From the NCBI GenBank assembly GCA_964016885.1, contig OZ024744.1, positions 4,464,001 to 4,528,000 on the forward strand: 64,000 nucleotides of DNA, given 5' to 3'. How positions within the stretch are numbered: position 1 is the first letter of the stretch; every line of letters begins with the position of its first letter. A program made the position numbers and the translations under genes. The notes below the pieces were generated by a model, which was not told the DNA's origin, did not search any database, and was given only the letters and a program-made list of their open reading frames with translations. This DNA is from Eledone cirrhosa (Eukaryota). Below are positions 62,801-64,000 of the stretch, one piece after another.

Positions 62801-64000
62801 TGAGACTATATTGTGCATATGTAGTTTTCCCCATATTGACGGTTAAGTATTACTTTTTATTTTATTTTGAATTGAGATTGTATTGCTTTTACCCCAACTT
62901 ACATAAAGTTTGATGACAAAGTTTTTCTTCTTGATTTGTTTTGAATTAAGATTGTATTACTTTTTCTTCCCTCATACATTAAATATTTTCTCATCTTGAT
63001 GGTATAGTCACTTATATACCTGAATTATCGTTGGCATTTTGGTTACATTAATTAGATTTTCATTTATATATTTATAATCGGGGTTTTACTTAAGTGATAC
63101 TAATAATTTTTACTAATCCCTGTTTTTTTAAAAACTGCGATAATATTGCTTATGCTGAACTCCATATTTTTGTTGATTTTTTCGGAATGTTTTGATTGTT
63201 GTTTCTTGTAAACTGCTTTCTCATATAATCCCGCCAACAGTAGTTTCTTTTCAGGTGTGTTTTGATATTTCATTTCTACACGCTGTTCGTTTGCCTGCTT
63301 TTAACTCCCAGGGGATTATTTTTCCCCCTCGGTATTTTAGTAGTGCTGATTTAGTTAATGTATTGAGCACTACTGAAGATCGACTCAAACCGTGACTAAC
63401 CCCAATGAAAAGTTTCGTTACATGGTCTTTTGAGACTATATTGTGCATATGTAGTTTTCCCCAAATTGACGGTTAAGTATTACTTTTTATTTTATTTTGA
63501 ATTGAGATTGTATTGCTTTTACCCCAACTTACATAAAGTTTGATGACAAAGTTTTTCTTCTTGATTTGTTTTGAATTAAGATTGTATTACTATTTCTTCC
63601 CTCATACATTAAATATTTTCTCATCTTGATGGTATAGTCACTTATATACCTGAATTATCGTTGGCATTTTGGTTACATTAATTAGATTTTCATTTATATA
63701 TTTATAATCGGTGATTTACTTAAGTGATACTAATAATTTTTACTAATCCCTGTTTTTTTAAAAACTGCGATAATATTGCTTATGCTGAACTCCATATTTT
63801 TGTTGATTTTTTCGAAATGTTTTGACTGTTGTTTCTTGTAAACTGTTTTCTCATATAATCCCGCCAACAGTAGTTAGTGTTCAGGTGTGTTTTGATATTT
63901 CATTTCTACACGCTGTTCGTTAGCCTGCTTTTAACTCCCAGGGGATTATTTTTTCCCCTCGGTATTTTAGTAGTGGCGATTTAGTTAATGTGTTGAGCAC
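59881..64000. repeat. AT-rich ~630-635-bp tandem repeat array (6.5 copies visible, continuing past the window end)
   Basis: The equivalent anchor ACAT(T)AATT/ACATATATT occurs at 59881, 60511, 61145, 61780, 62413, 63045 and 63675 (periods 630, 634, 635, 633, 632, 630). Blocks such as TTATGCTGA(A/T)CTCCATATTTT and CCCTCGGTATTT recur in each unit. Confidence 0.97.

Noticed and set aside
60031-63448. Short ORFs in the 630-bp units as a tandem gene family or GIY-YIG/Penelope protein
   Set aside because: Frames are not conserved across units, there are no recognisable motifs, and indels are frequent.
52220-64000. Assignment of the host species (elements and AAT microsatellites are reminiscent of mollusc/cephalopod genomes)
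   Set aside because: This is an impression only and cannot be established without a database search.

Overview
Eukaryotic (animal-type), repeat-dominated window with no intact host gene. Positions 1-52219 are one uninterrupted, single-orientation tandem array of a 48-bp monomer (consensus AGCTTGGTGAAGAACGAAGTTTTGAGGGAAGACAAGGTAGAGAAAGAT, about 1,090 copies, continuing left of the window). It has variable-length higher-order repeats (HORs) and several kb-scale tandem duplications. The many ORFs predicted there result from a 16-codon monomer that is stop-free in 4 of 6 frames. A 7.7-kb island follows. It holds a dense hairpin cluster at the array edge, a decayed minus-strand Dong/R4-clade non-LTR retrotransposon that ends in a (TAA)n tract and lacks its zinc-finger/endonuclease segment, and a decayed plus-strand L1/Tx1-type LINE (zinc-knuckle ORF1 plus APE-endonuclease ORF2) cut off just before its RT core. 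From 59881 to the window end lies a second, unrelated AT-rich tandem array of ~630-635 bp units. The window looks like a heterochromatic satellite-satellite junction. No new protein-coding system is supported. The best leads are the layered/HOR architecture and possible coding origin of the 48-mer, the structured element at its edge, and RNA-like structure in the 630-bp unit. All analyses were done by eye, without alignment or database searches.
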